Made by a program: the position numbers and the translations under genes. Source: Lytechinus pictus (lineage: Eukaryota). Taken from it: a DNA stretch of 64,000 nt. Under the pieces are notes generated by a model. The model had not been told where the DNA came from and ran no database searches. It saw only the letters and a program-made list of their open reading frames with translations. Each line of letters opens with the position of its first letter. The stretch's first letter is position 1. This document shows, piece by piece, positions 38,626-51,637 of this stretch. The stretch lies in NCBI RefSeq assembly GCF_037042905.1, contig NC_087245.1, positions 38,814,001 through 38,878,000 on the forward strand. The letters run 5' to 3'.

Positions 38626-39664
38626 TTAACACTTGCTTTCAACAACAAAAATATCAATCATAAAAACTCACCACCCAATGAACATGTGCATCTGTAAAAC
38701 GAGTGGATAATTAGCTCTTTATATGTCATTCCTAATAAAACATGAGATTTCATAACATAGCAATAATAACTATGTTGAAACTCAGTCACTGCAGAAGTAA
38801 GTATGAACTAAATTTATTTAACAAACATGATGGTGGATATTTCTAACTTCTCGGGAAGGCAGAGCGCCATCTTGTGGTCATAAATTGCCATTTTATAATT
38901 GTGTCTCCTATTGATGTTGTTGTACCAGTAAGATCAGACAAGGAAACTAATCAGTTTGCATTAAATTGCTTTATCTTTGTTAATTGCTCTTCACCCGATG
39001 TACACTTCAGTTTTGTTGTCTTTGAAAAATGATTTCTTTCAGATATGTGATTGTACAAAAGCATTATATTCCATCAGTATATCAAACTACTTGTCCCTTT
39101 TAATATTTTGAACCAACAAATTACTATATTGCATTCTACTATTCACATGCATGCCACTTTTCTTTTTAGATCCTATTCATCTTTACATTTATCATTGTAT
39201 TTGTACAATGACCAGCGTCCTCACAGCCTTACAGGCAAGAGATTCTGTAAAATAGCCCAAGGGGGGGGGGGAGGTTCCACTTCCAGTGACGAGTGAATAC
39301 CATGAGTGACCCCCCAAAAAAACATGTGAAAAGGAATTCTTTTTCAAGATAGGGCACGTTACATACGTAACGTATGATAAGGGTGTAAAAAAAAATTAAA
39401 TTATTAAAAAAGGGTATATATTTTGCTAGGAAAACTATGTGTATACGGCCCAATTTGCCAGGGGATAAAAAGACTAATATAATTCATAAAGGATGTACTT
39501 TTTGCCCAAACACTACGTATTTAGGGTCCAATTTGAGCAAGGTGTGTGTGGTGGTACTAATCCCAATGAAAGTAAAGGTAAAGACAACACCCGTGATCAC
39601 TTCCGTGACATAACAATTAAGATATCATTGTCCTTGTTACCCTAATCTTAATTCAAACTTTGTT

Positions 39665-40013
39665 AATAATAATCTGCTTTTATATAGTGCTTAATACATC
39701 AGAACGACGTGTCTAAGCGCTTTTACAGATATATCATTACCCCGGTCATCGGTTCCAATCAGTCATTCCCGCACACAATGTGTGCACATCCTCCACTCCG
39801 TGGGGAGTATTCCAGTCAGTCGCCGGTGAGGCGCACAAAGTACCGGACAAGCTATTATGACTTTCACATCCTACCGGTACCCATTTAGCACCTGGGTCGA
39901 GAGTGGCAAAGTGTGGATTAACGCCTTGTCAAAGGACGCCAGCTCCGTGGTGGGATTCGAACACACCACCCTCTGTTTACAAGGCGAGAGTCAGAATCAC
40001 TACACCACGCTCC
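39665..40013 (-). mobile_element. tRNA-derived SINE, near full length
   Basis: Minus-strand head has A-box-like TGGTGTAGTGA and B-box GTTCGAATCC; central CCAGGTGCTAAATGGGTACCGG; 3' AGCGCTTAGA...TAAGCACTATATAAAA-(TTA)n LINE-like tail. Confidence 0.85.
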
Positions 40014-40065
40014 TCCTTACTTTTCTCCTTAGTTTTTGAAACTACCACTATGACTTGTAAATTTA

Positions 40066-41038
40066 AAGAAGTGGAATGCCTCTGGCCGTCTCACCTGCAT
40101 CACGCGATTCAATATAGCAGCAGTGCTGATTTTGAAAACTACTATGACTCGCACAAGATGTTCAGTGATACTTGGTTACTCTTATTTCCACGTTTTATGA
40201 ACTAGACCAATACACTTAAAGAGATATGATGGCAATTCAACAAATACATGTACATGTACCAGCAACGTGGCCAAAGTTCTTTGACCTTACATGACCTTTG
40301 ACCTTGATCATGTGACCTGAAACTCGCACAGGATGTTCAGTGATACCTGATTACTCTTATGTCCAAGTTTTATGAACTAGACCAACACACTTTCAAATTT
40401 ATGGCTGTAATTCAACAAATACCCCAATTTGGCCAAAGTTCATTGACCCTAAATGACCTTTGACCTTGATCATGTGACCTGAAACTTGCACAGGATGTTC
40501 AGTAATACTTGATTACTATTATGTCCAAGTTTCATGAATATAATCCATAAACTTTCAAAGTTATGATGGTAATTCAACAGATATCCCCAATTTGGCCAAA
40601 GTTCATTGACCCTAAATGACCTTTGACCTTGGTCATGTGACGTGAAACTCATGCAGGATGTTCAGTGATACTTCATTAACCTTATGTATAAGTTTCATGA
40701 ACTAGGTCCATAAATTTTCTAAGTTATGATGACATTTCAAAAACTTAACCTTAGGTTAAGATTTTGATGTTGATCCCCCCAACATGGTCTAAGTTCATTG
40801 ACCCTAAATGACCTTTGACCTTGGTCATGTGACATGAAACTCAGGCAGGATGTTCAGTAATACTTGATTAACCTTATGGCCAAGTTTCATGAACTAGGTC
40901 CATATACTTTCTAAGTTATGCTGTCATTTCAAAAACTTAACCTCAGGTTAAGATTTGGTGTTGACGGCGGCGCCGCCGCCGTCGCCGTCGGAAAAGCGGC
41001 GCCTATAGTCTCACTCTGCTATGCAGGTGAGACAAAAA
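40066..41038 (+). mobile_element. Non-autonomous Helentron/DINE-like element with internal tandem array, copy 1
   Basis: Subterminal inverted repeat GTCTCACCTGCAT / ATGCAGGTGAGAC, four TGACCTTTGACC-containing units of about 160-190 bp, a (GCC)-type microsatellite and A-run ends. Confidence 0.8.
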
Positions 41039-41092
41039 CTGAAATTTGCAAAGGATCGCAAACCATTGCTTGCAACATTCTCTTAGACATAC

Positions 41093-41223
41093 CTTCTATC
41101 TGGTAGTAGGAAGACCTTTACATAGGGGTTGCGGAGATCCCCCGTATCTCTTGGTTGCGCCCCATGCATCGTCAAGACTGTCATATTGATCAGGTAATTA
41201 TTGCTATCGTACCAAAGTTTGAT
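41093..41223 (-). CDS. RIMS: RIM C2A exon 1 (IKLWYD...RNPYVKVFLLPDR)
   Basis: ttcag|ATC...AGA AG|gtatg; 131 nt, phase 0 to 2; C2A motifs KLWYD and RNPYVKxxxLPDR. Confidence 0.96.
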
Positions 41224-41709
41224 CTGAAAAAGGAGAGCATATGGAATAATCTTGATATTACTATTACTGATATTTAAAAAACACATAATACTACATTATA
41301 ATTAATCTGTGGATCCCCTCAACTGCTACTCCATTGACCGGATAGGTTAATTGGTAGCATTATTGAACTGGTAAGCTGTTAAATACAGCATGTAACTTCA
41401 GAAGGTTTGCATGGGGAAGAAATAAAAGTGTAGTGGTTTCACGATACACCATGTATCATTTCGTGGGTATGTGTTGGCCCTAAAAAGTACCACCCAAATT
41501 CGTCGTTTCGACAAGTGTGTTCTTGTCATCATTAGGATAATGAAAGATGTTATACAGCATGTTGGTAGTGTTGCACATTCTGGCAAATCATTTGTAGATC
41601 AAATCAATATAAGCTGCTTCTTCTTCTGTTCTAATAGACTCCATTATCGACCTGACTGGTTTGTGAGTTCCTAACAAGCCCACTATTCCTGTTTAAACTG
41701 GTTCCTTAC

Positions 41710-41864
41710 CTGAATTTCACCCAAGGCAGTAGGGGATGTGTTCCTTCTTGGTAGGCCAGGACTTCCTGGGCTAGTGATGGTCACCGAGGGCCGCTTGACC
41801 CTACTAACAATCGGCATCGGCTCTTCTTCTTCCTTTGGCTTGTTGGACTCATACCCACTCGAAC
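41710..41864 (-). CDS. RIMS: RIM exon (SSGYESNK...RPSVTITSPGSPG...GEIQ) leading into C2A
   Basis: tcag|GT TCG...ATT CAG|gtaagg; 155 nt, phase 1 to 0; RPSV/IxxxSPxSPG is a RIM motif. Confidence 0.93.
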
Positions 41865-42643
41865 CTGATAAAGGAACAAATACACATATCCGGGTTAATT
41901 ACCCTGCATTTTACTGTGAAGCGCCTAGAGATTTCGACTTCTGATACAGCAAGTGTTAAGCGCGCTATATAAGCAAGTACAATTATTCTTATCATAATTA
42001 AAACAAATATATATTTCAGTAGTCTGAACTAAACAAAGGGACGAGCAACCTTCCATAAAGGTGATACAGAATCATCCTTGTGGATTATAAAATATCATAA
42101 ATCTTAACTAAAATAATCTGAAAATTTTATATATATTAAATCTACATTCTTGGCAATTGTATAATTGATTTTAAAACCATATATGCTTATTTTTATTTTA
42201 ATAGGTTTATCATGAATAATTTAACTAATGCATTCTTTTATTATCTATTATCTATATCAATGATTTTCTGTGCAATTTCTATGTGAATGATTTTAATTAT
42301 GAATGCATTTTTCCATCATATTCCATTACAGCAAGACGTGTCTTTTCAATAACCAAGAATTGATTGACTAAATCTTTGTATGCAGCACACAAGCATTTTA
42401 AGCAATTAATTTCTGCCAGGTATCCATTTACCTCACCTTGGTTGAATGTGGCAAATATGGATTTGTGTCTTACCAAAGGCTATTAGTGCTGCGGGAGGGA
42501 TGTGAACCCTGTACCTTGCAGTATGGAGTCTAGAGACTCACCCACTGGACCTTTATCACTCTTGATAATATATTTCAGAGTGAATGTTTTAAAGATTATA
42601 TTTTGATGATAATAGTATTTTCTTGGCTCACATTGTAACTCAC

Positions 42644-42729
42644 TTTGACTGCTTCTCTTCATGATAGAGTCTGGTCTCGGAGACTGGAACTGGGCTATCT
42701 TATCCCTGGAAGAAGGAGGAATCTCACTT
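42644..42729 (-). CDS. RIMS: RIM linker exon (SEIPPSSRDKIAQFQSPRPDSIMKRSSQ)
   Basis: tacag|A AGT...CAA A|gtgagt; 86 nt, phase 2 to 1, which bridges the flanking exon phases. A same-phase alternative donor would end the exon at 42632. Confidence 0.85.
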
Positions 42730-42982
42730 CTGTATGAAAGTAACAAAACAGTAATTAACTTCTGCAAAACTTCTACAGATTTCCGCAGAAAGCTGCGGCT
42801 CTGGCTGTTAACAATCCTTAGAACCACTGAGCTAGAAAAAAGTTCAAATGTGCTTTAACAGGGAAAAAACCCAACTCTTTCTGGGGATGTTTTGTCAGAC
42901 CCCCATATATCGCTATTCTTACTTCATAAAATGAGTGCATTGCAATCTTCTGTATGAACTAGAAAACAGAGACAAATAAGAT

Positions 42983-43392
42983 CAGGGGCCCGTCTTACAA
43001 AGACTTGCGATTGATCTGATCAATCGTAACTATGGAAAGCCAGCAAAGTCAACATATAAATTGCATGTTTGCTCAAATTTTTTTCTAGAATTGAACATAT
43101 ATCCATGAATTCATCGATTTCTTGACATTTCGGTGTGTTCTCCTTTGTTTACTGACAAAGGACATTTTGCACATTTCCTGTAGAAAAAATTATGACAACG
43201 ATGGATTTCCATAGAGTTACAATTGATTGGATTAATCGTAACTCTTTGTAATACGGGGCCCTGGGGCCTGTTGCAGAAAGAGTCGCGTTTAAACGCAAGT
43301 CCCGAATACGGGTGCCTCATTGGCTGGAAATCAAGTTGCGCAAGATTTTTTGAGTTGCGTTTGATCGCAACTCTTTCTGCAACAGGCCCCTG
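42983..43392. mobile_element. Two abutting CWG-flanked GGGGCC-TIR MITEs (Harbinger-like)
   Basis: CAG|GGGCCCGTCTTACAAAG...CTTTGTAATACGGGGCC|CTG|GGGCCTGTTGCAGAAAGAG...CTCTTTCTGCAACAGGCCC|CTG. Confidence 0.82.
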
Positions 43393-43671
43393 GACAGTCT
43401 CAAAATAAAGGGGGGTGGAACAGACATATTGAACTTATTCTATGGAACTGCCTTACATTGTATGACAGTATGGATTGGACACTAGGAATTTTTAGGGGCT
43501 CCTCGTTCAATTTTTTCATGCCTTAATTTTTGGGGCATTTTCAAATTAGGAGCAAACTTGCCCATTTATTTTCTAGAGGGTTGTTTTATAAAGATGTTCC
43601 AGTCTTTCGTAAAGTTGTGCGTAACTTTACGAACAGCTTTATGAAAACACCATCCAAGTTGACAATCTTAC

Positions 43672-43795
43672 CCCATTGGTCTTGCAACCACAAGCTCAAC
43701 CTGAGGTTCACTCTTGGATTCAAAGATGATGTTATAAACTTCATTGAGATCTTTCCCTTGAAGATTATGACCATTCCATGAGAGAACTTCATCAC
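43672..43795 (-). CDS. RIMS: RIM exon, PDZ domain C-terminal part (GDEVLSWNGHNLQGKDLNEVYNIIFESKSEPQVELVVARPM)
   Basis: tccag|GT GAT...ATG GG|gtaag; 124 nt, phase 1 to 2; RIM motif GDEVLxWNG...EVYNIIxESKxEPQVE. This frame is not in the ORF track. Confidence 0.96.
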
Positions 43796-45171
43796 CTGGA
43801 GATAAAAAAAAGAGTAATAAAGGTTGGAGATTTAATAGTTTTGTAAATACATATTATGATTTTAAATGAATTCAAGTCATATTGAAGCTTTTATTTCTGT
43901 AAATTTATTTTGTTTACCTGACTTGATGAAAAAGTAAAATTGTTTTAGTTTTCAATGTCAATATCCAACTTTCAGGGTTTCTTATTTCCTGGAACTTCTT
44001 ACTAAAACAGTTCCACAACATTTGCTCCTGCCACGACTACTCCTTCTGAAAATCCACACACTGCGCCAAACATAAATTCAATCTTCAAAACTTACCTTGG
44101 CTTGCACTTAATCATAACCCTTACATTATTTTGAACCAAATAACCTTAACACAACCCTAATATCCTGTCCTTATATCATCAGAGAGATTTAATAGCGGAC
44201 AAGCAACAGTCGTAAGAGCAAATTTTGTGTTACAACATCCATGTTATGGCAAAAAGTCATCTTTTCAACTACTTGTCTTTATAAATAATAAATCTGCTAT
44301 TCCAAATGATAGAAAATGAAATAAGATACATCCATGGGTAGAGATCTTTGAAAATATTCAATAGGATGCCCTGTATATCCAATTAAAAGTCCTATGGGAA
44401 TAACAGATTTCAGTTGTCAGTATATTAATACAAATAAGTTCAATGTGAAATGATTTTAACAATTTCTAAAGCTAGGTAATGTTTAAAGTTCTAATAAGTA
44501 GCAAATCCCACCGCTGCCACCATATATATATCACTTAGTTATCAAAATTCTACTTCTGGTTTATCATATAATCAATGGATTCGCACCCAATTACAAGTCT
44601 CTAATATACCAGTATCAACCTGTATGCACCCTTCGATCATCCCAGTCAAGTCTTTTACATATCCCACTATCCAAAAAATCCTGGGGTGAACAAGCCTTTG
44701 CTTATGCCAGACCAGCCCTGTGGAATACACTACCACAGGAGCTGAAAAAACTCAACTCTGCAAGATCCTTTAAGGGCAACCTTAAATTGCATTTGTTCAT
44801 CAGCAAGTACTAGGTTTGAAGACAAGACATTTTCCTCTATTGTAATGAGCCTCTTCTTGTACTTATCTTTACTCTTTATTTTTGCCATTTTCTAAGTGCC
44901 TTGAGCATTTAACCACAATTGAAAAATTATATATAAATCTTACGTATTATTATCATTAGTATTATTATATAATGTTCTCATTTGTAGTAAGTCTATGGCA
45001 ACTCAAACAGATGAGAAGTACACAATTTCTTTACAGTGCATGAAAGTGATTTATATTATGATGTACATATATATTGTAACAGATAATAGCAATACATAAG
45101 ACATTAGTAGACCAATTAAATTCAAAATGAACAAAATAAATGAACGTAAAATAAGGGAAATATCAAATTAC

Positions 45172-45391
45172 CTGCCCGTAGATGACCCACAGTGTCCGCT
45201 ATGCTACCTCGTTTAACCTTAGAGATAAACGCCCCCAGTCGCCCCGCCTCCTTCATCTTCCCACCAATCACCTTCAACCCTAGTATGGCGCTGGAGTCTT
45301 GATGTGTGCAAGCCTCTGATTGGTTCTTCCTCAAAACCATCTGACCAATCAGGACGTTGTTCTCCATGTCAGGTTGCCAATTTACAGGGTA
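45172..45391 (-). CDS. RIMS: RIM exon, PDZ domain N-terminal part (YPVNWQP...ILGLKVIGGK...KVKRGSIADTVGHLRA)
   Basis: tacag|TAC...GCA G|gtaatt; 220 nt, phase 0 to 1; matches the RIM PDZ pattern HPVTWQP...LGLKVVGGK...GSLADxVGHLR. Confidence 0.96.
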
Positions 45392-45765
45392 CTGTAAGTG
45401 ATACAGGTACGTCAATGAGCACGTGTTTGACTTAAATTTGATATATTTTGCATATTATTCTGCACTTTATCAGTACAGTGAGAATAATGACTAATACTGG
45501 TAATTACTGTTTGTTACATAGTTATAAACGTGAAATATATAATTATGTACACATGCATAAATAAATTTTATGTACTTGTTAAATTTGAAATAATATCTAA
45601 AAACATGTCAAAGGATCAAATAATATACTACCAGTAGATGCTTCTGATGGAGAGGGGACGTTTTTACTTCAGATTTTAAGAAATTAGTACAATTTACCAA
45701 CAAAATACAATTATTGTGAGAAAAATGTTAATGTTTGCTAACCTCCATAAGGAGACAATTATAAC

Positions 45766-46555
45766 AACAAGTGGAATGCCTCTGGCCGTCTCACCTGCAT
45801 CACGCGATTCAATATAGCAGCAGTGCTGATTTTGAAAACTACTATAACTCGCACAAGATGTTCAGTGATACTTGGTTACTCTTATTTCCACGTTTTATGA
45901 ACTAGACCAATACACTTATAGAGATATGATGGCAATTCAACAAATACCCCCAACGTGGCCAAAGTTCTTTGACCTTACATGACCTTTGACCTTGATCATG
46001 TGACCTGAAACTCGCACAGGATGTTCAGTGATACTTGATTACTATTATGTCCAAGTTTCATGAATCAGATCTATAAACTTTCAAAGTTATGATGGTAATT
46101 CAACAGATACCCCCAATTCGGCCAAAGTTCATTGACCCTAAATGACCTTTGACCTTGGTCATGTGATGTGAAACTCAAACAGGATGTTCAGTGATACTTG
46201 ATTAACCTTATGTATAAGTTTCATGAACTAGGTCCATATATTTTCTAAGTTATGATGACATTTCAAAAACTTAACCTTAGGTTAAGATTTTGATGTTGAT
46301 TCCCCCAACATGGTCTAAGTTCATTGACCCTAAATGACCTTTGGCCTTGGTCATGTGACATGAAACTCAGGCAGGATGTTCAGTAATACTTGATTAACCT
46401 TATGGCCAAGTTTCATGAACTAGGTCCATATACTTTCTAAGTTATGCTGTCATTTCAAAAACTTAACCTCAGGTTAAGATTTGGTGTTGACGCCGCCGTC
46501 GCCGTCGGAAAAGCGGCGCCTATAGTCTCACTCTGCTATGCAGGTGAGACAAAAA
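45766..46555 (+). mobile_element. Non-autonomous Helentron/DINE-like element, copy 2
   Basis: Nearly identical to 40066-41038 but with three internal units. Confidence 0.8.
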
Positions 46556-47685
46556 CTACTCTCAATTCATAATTAATTATATAATGATCTGCACCATTCA
46601 AATACTGTATTTGTTAGTAAATTTGCTTGTTAAAAATATATATTTCCTTGAATAAATCATTGAAACATAAATATTTGTCCAATTGGCTAGATTAGCTGAT
46701 CTGTGAGGTATAATCATTAAAACCAATCATATTTTATCTATAATTGTAGTCTACTAGAACTAATCAATTTTTTAAACATTAGTTACCATTCACAGTTATA
46801 TAATTCTTCCCTAATGCATAATTATATCAATTAATTTCCCATAAATTGATACTTTACATTGCTGAATATTTATTTTCTACATAGATAAAATATATTTATA
46901 TTCAATTAATGAAATTAGAAAAAAAAAACATTTTCTCTTATGAATGGCATTTAACAATTGAGCAGCTGGTTGTGATTAGTGCTGAAATAGAAAACTCTTG
47001 ATTTTATGATATTGACAAAACACAAGGTTAGCTGATTAAAATACTATAAGAATATCAAATGATACAATGAAATGAATGAAAGCACATTAACAGAACAATT
47101 ACTAGCCACTACATTTATGAAACAGGTATGCATGCACTATGGACAAATAATTTCATTCCTTGATGACAGCAACACAAAACATGGTTGCAAAACAAACAAA
47201 AAAGTCCCAAAGTTATTGAAAACCAAATCACATAATATTCTAGAAAACACCACACAGAAAACTACAAATTTATGACTATTGTACAATATATGCATTGCCA
47301 CTTTATAACTCATGTGAGCTAATGAAATTTTGCAAGGGTGCATCATTTCCTTCACAAAGAAATGGTACATTTTTGGAAAATAACAAACTTGAAAATGTGA
47401 TTAAAAAAACAAAGTGTTACTTATTAAAAAAGAATAAAGAGGAATGGGGTATGTGTTAAACTGTCAAATATATCCTAAGCAAAGGGGTATATGATATCAA
47501 ATTAAAAAATATGTTGATAATCGGCATTACAATTAAGAGAACCAACAAACTGAAGTTATTTGGTAACTGTACTGGCTATACATGGAGTTCAGGTCAAGGG
47601 GATATCGAATCAATTAAATTATCATAATTACTCATTCTTTTTTAATATATTATTAGATATGTAGTTGTTTAATATTTGAACTTAC

Positions 47686-47700
47686 CTGCTTATGTTTCTT
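47686..47700 (-). CDS. RIMS: Candidate 15-nt RIM microexon (KKHKQ)
   Basis: aatag|AAGAAACATAAGCAG|gtaagt; consensus donor; phase 0 to 0 in a phase-0 intron; TGC about 25 nt upstream; weak polypyrimidine tract. Confidence 0.5.
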
Positions 47701-48159
47701 CTATTTTGAGATATTTCATTTTGGCATTATAACAATTTTACAAGGTGGTTAATATATGAAGGGTCTTAGTGTATTCACCGAGGAAAGAACCACTTGTTAG
47801 AGAGATAAATATATAAATAGGGATAAATGTTAAATTGCTTTACCAAGAAGTGTTCATCAAGTAACGATTGGCGTAGCAGATCGAGTCCGTTTGCTTTCAT
47901 TGCCTACAAGCATTTGCCAAAATGTGAAATTGAGAAAACCTTAATTAGAAAGGCATTTTTATTTTCAAAAACTCACATTGAATTTTCATCAAGCATATTC
48001 CAGGAAACAGGTGGGGGTGGGGGGGGGCTTTATAACAAATACCCGGATACAGAATTGGGTTTTCATTGACTCTGCGGACACTATAATCAATGGACCTTTG
48101 CTAATTATAAGGTGCTTTTAGGGGATAAGCCAAGCTTGAAAATTGAGTCAATAATGATG

Positions 48160-48324
48160 ACTCAGAGATACTGATGATTTTAAAAAAATCAAGAAGATAG
48201 TTCAATTTGGATGGCAGGGAATAAATTGATAAATTAAGAGTACTCAGAGATACTGATGATTTAAAAAAAATCCAGAAGATAGTTCAATTTGGATGGCAGG
48301 GAATAAATTGATAAATTAAGAGTA
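48160..48324. repeat. Tandem duplication, about 82-bp unit x2
   Basis: ACTCAGAGATACTGATGATTT...GATAAATTAAGAGTA is repeated directly. Confidence 0.92.
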
Positions 48325-51300
48325 TCTTGTAAAATGAGTGTGGGTTAACGATGGATTATAACGGCCAAAGTTTGTCAAGTCATAAACATTCTGAATTCTA
48401 AGAATAATAATTGAATCTAACACTTAAGCCCTAAATAGAAATTTGACAATAACTTTTGTAGAAATCTGAAGGATATAAATGAGGGAATCTACGAGGACGG
48501 AAAAGAAAGCAAGTGAGACAAGCAAAAAACAAAACAAAACAAAAAATAAAGCTGCCAAACTGGAAGTTAAATTTTTTTTTTTTCAATAATTAATCTTAGC
48601 ATATTTTGTTTGTTTATAGGCTGAAGAATATACCTAGAAGAATTAGAAAATGAAATAACATTCAAGTAAAGATCATTGTGAAAGAACCACACCTTAAAGA
48701 AGAGTTTATGAGATCATTCAAAGTGGTGCGAGGTAACGAGGGGGGGGGGCAGGATGACAAGAAATTGATTGGAAATTAAAAAACAGGAGTATAATGGATG
48801 ATTCAATTTAACGAAGAAAAGACTTTATTCAGAGAACATATGTCCCATTATCATCTGCAAAATGGCACAGGGGGATGTTCAGATCTAATTCTTTATGTAT
48901 GAATCCATAATTATTCATAGACAGAAAAATGGAAGATCAAAATCCTAACCAAGATCAAGCTAATGGAGCCTACAGAATCCTATTCTGACACTGCACTTAC
49001 CATTTCACATAAAGGTACAAACCTAATTTCCTATAATCATTATCTACATTCTAATCATTTCATGTGAGTTAAAAGAAATGCAATTTTTGCCACATTGCGT
49101 TTTGCTGTCTACTGCTGTTTTATTATTATTTTTTTGTAACCAGTAGGTGAAGCTGTAATATGTATATTCTAATTATATATACCATGCATGTATTTGACTC
49201 ATAGGGTCAAAAAGTGAAAGGGGGAAAGAGCCAAAGACTACAAAATTATTTTAATGATGAAAAGTGGAAAGACAGAAACATACATAAACAGACAACTTTC
49301 AAAGGTCAAACAACTCTCTTATATGAGTTCCGATTTGTCCCCAGGTGGTGACCCTTTCATTTTACAGTCACAGCGGTGTGTAACCTACATCACAAGTGTG
49401 TTACCCATGTAATGTGTAACACACATAAGAGTGTTACACACATAATATGTAACCCACATAAGTGTATCACACATAACGTATGACTTACATTACTGAGTAA
49501 CCCTAAGGTATCACACCATATAATGTGCGTACTTATATCAGCGTGTCACCCACACAATGTATAACCTACATTATAGAGTGTGTCACACACATAATGCGTA
49601 ACCACATAACGTTAGAGTGTCGTTGGACAAAAAAAAGGAGAATGTTTTATGGGATTCACTGATGTTTTCCATTTGATTCGATCAGTGTGACATGTGACTC
49701 AATTAAGTGTGTCATTTTACTCACATTTATTATAAAGGGGGTTGTCTGGGGACAGGTGAAATGGGTGATTTGACCTTTCAAAGTTTTCTGTGTAGGAGGA
49801 AAAGTATGAAATAGTGTTTGCTCTTGTCAACTTCACAGAATGAGGAAGGTGAGAACAAATAAGTCCAGGGGCAAATTCCATGAAACAAATAACCAGTGAT
49901 TTTCACTTGAAATGTACTCTCATCCAATCAGAAGCAAGGATTTCAGTAGCTTGTAACAGTCGCCAGTGAAAATCACTGACTATTCGCATCTTGATATGCT
50001 CCCAAGATGCGTTAATACACACTCAGAACTTAAAACAACAACCACATGAAATTCAAACCACAAAAATAGCTCGTACATCAAATTTAAAAAAAAAAAACAT
50101 AAATGAAATGGAATGCAGAAATGGACAAAAATGGGAATGAAAGGACTGAAATCACTGGATTTGTTAAAAGTTTTTGAAAATCAAGTTTGAAATCATCAGC
50201 TTGATGACGGCCACAGCAAGATCTGACCTAGTGTCAAAGGTCAGAAGTCAATAATGTCATGCTTCAATGAACATAAGATAAGGCAGCCATACATAAAAAA
50301 GCTGATTACAGTTATTCTTTTTTTTTTTACATTATATAACACAAAAGCTTGACTTAACTTTCATGAGGCACATGCAAGCAAGATTTTCTGTAATCAAATG
50401 ATAGAGTATATGTCTCAAACAATTGTCCCTATATCTATTTTGATGGTTTTCTATTGGAATAAATTGCTTTTTTTATCTGACATGAATATTTTCAAAGAAG
50501 AATAATGCTCCATCATGCATTGCTAATGCATAAAGGATGAAGATCTTGTGGTAAACTCATCATAACTAAGATATACGTATGATAGATATTTAGATACAAT
50601 AGCTTAACATTAGAAAACTAATTAATGTGTAAGCAAGTTGTGTTTTGAGATAACTAAGAAAGGTGAAATCAGCAATAGGTGTAGCATTGATCAGTGCATA
50701 TCAAAATGCAAGGAATTTTTTTTTCAATTTTTTTTTAAGGTGCATTCAAATCTTCTTACTTCAATCAGGAAAGACAGTTTGTGTTTAAAAGTGTATCCTC
50801 TTGCAATTAAATACATATGGAAAATACACACAAGTGTGGCTTAATATATCTTTGAGTATTAATGTTAATGTTTGAGTATTAAAGAGAGCTATCTATATAT
50901 CAAGTTCGCTTGATTACATAAAAGGTGCCTTTAGATAAAAATCAGGGAATATAATTTTGCTTTCCAAATGTGATAAGCATTCTTGGTCATAAGAGAAACG
51001 TTCTGTATATCTACGTAAAAGTCCGCTGCACAAAATACTTCATTTGTAGCAGTCTTTAAAAATGTGGAGCAATTTGCACTATGATAACAGGAAACTTATT
51101 CCCCGAAAAAATATAGTAATGTAAGAGCGTAGTAATATAGCTATACGTATCATGCAAATGATTACCGTGCTGGCAACATGTATGACATAAGCATAACATG
51201 GCAGTGAATAGGTGGTGCAATACAAACGATTGAGCGTGCTTGCATGCATGATTCATATATATATACAGTATATAATGAAGCAACGACCTTTTGACATGAC

Positions 51301-51335
51301 TCATGTAAGTTTTGTTTCATGAACTGACATCTGAC

Positions 51336-51637
51336 CTTTGCCCCTAGGTTATGCTCCTCGTTGAGCGTGGTGCTGCTACACGTGTCGATCCCCGAATCTT
51401 TGATCTGTCTGTCGTCCTCCTCCAGCGAGTGCCCCGCCTCGCCACGCCCAAAGTGCACAATTTTCTTGGGGGACGACACCAGGTTTATCTCCGACTCAGA
51501 GTGGTGTCGGATGTGATGGGAGGAGGAGGAGGGCGCGGGCGCCCCCGTCGGGGACGACTTGACCCCGTGACCCGACGCAAGCCCTGGATGGTTATTGGAT
51601 CCTGCTGTAGCGGGACTGGATGTGATGTCTAACTCCC
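51336..51637 (-). CDS. RIMS: RIM alternative exon B2 (GELDITSS...GHSLEEDDRQIKDSGIDTCSSTTLNEEHNLGAK)
   Basis: cag|GG GAG TTA GAC...GCA AAG|gtcaga; 302 nt, phase 1 to 0. GHSLEED and QIKDSGxDTCSSTTLNEEH resemble a vertebrate RIM2 pre-PDZ segment (recalled). A tandem acceptor 6 nt upstream would start the exon at 51643. Confidence 0.88.

Noticed and set aside
39940..40013. tRNA gene
   Set aside because: It has A/B boxes but is the head of a SINE; no clean cloverleaf and it continues into SINE body and tail.
40066..41038. CRISPR-like or regularly spaced repeat array
   Set aside because: The units are long tandem repeats without unique spacers, inside a eukaryotic transposon; no cas genes are present.
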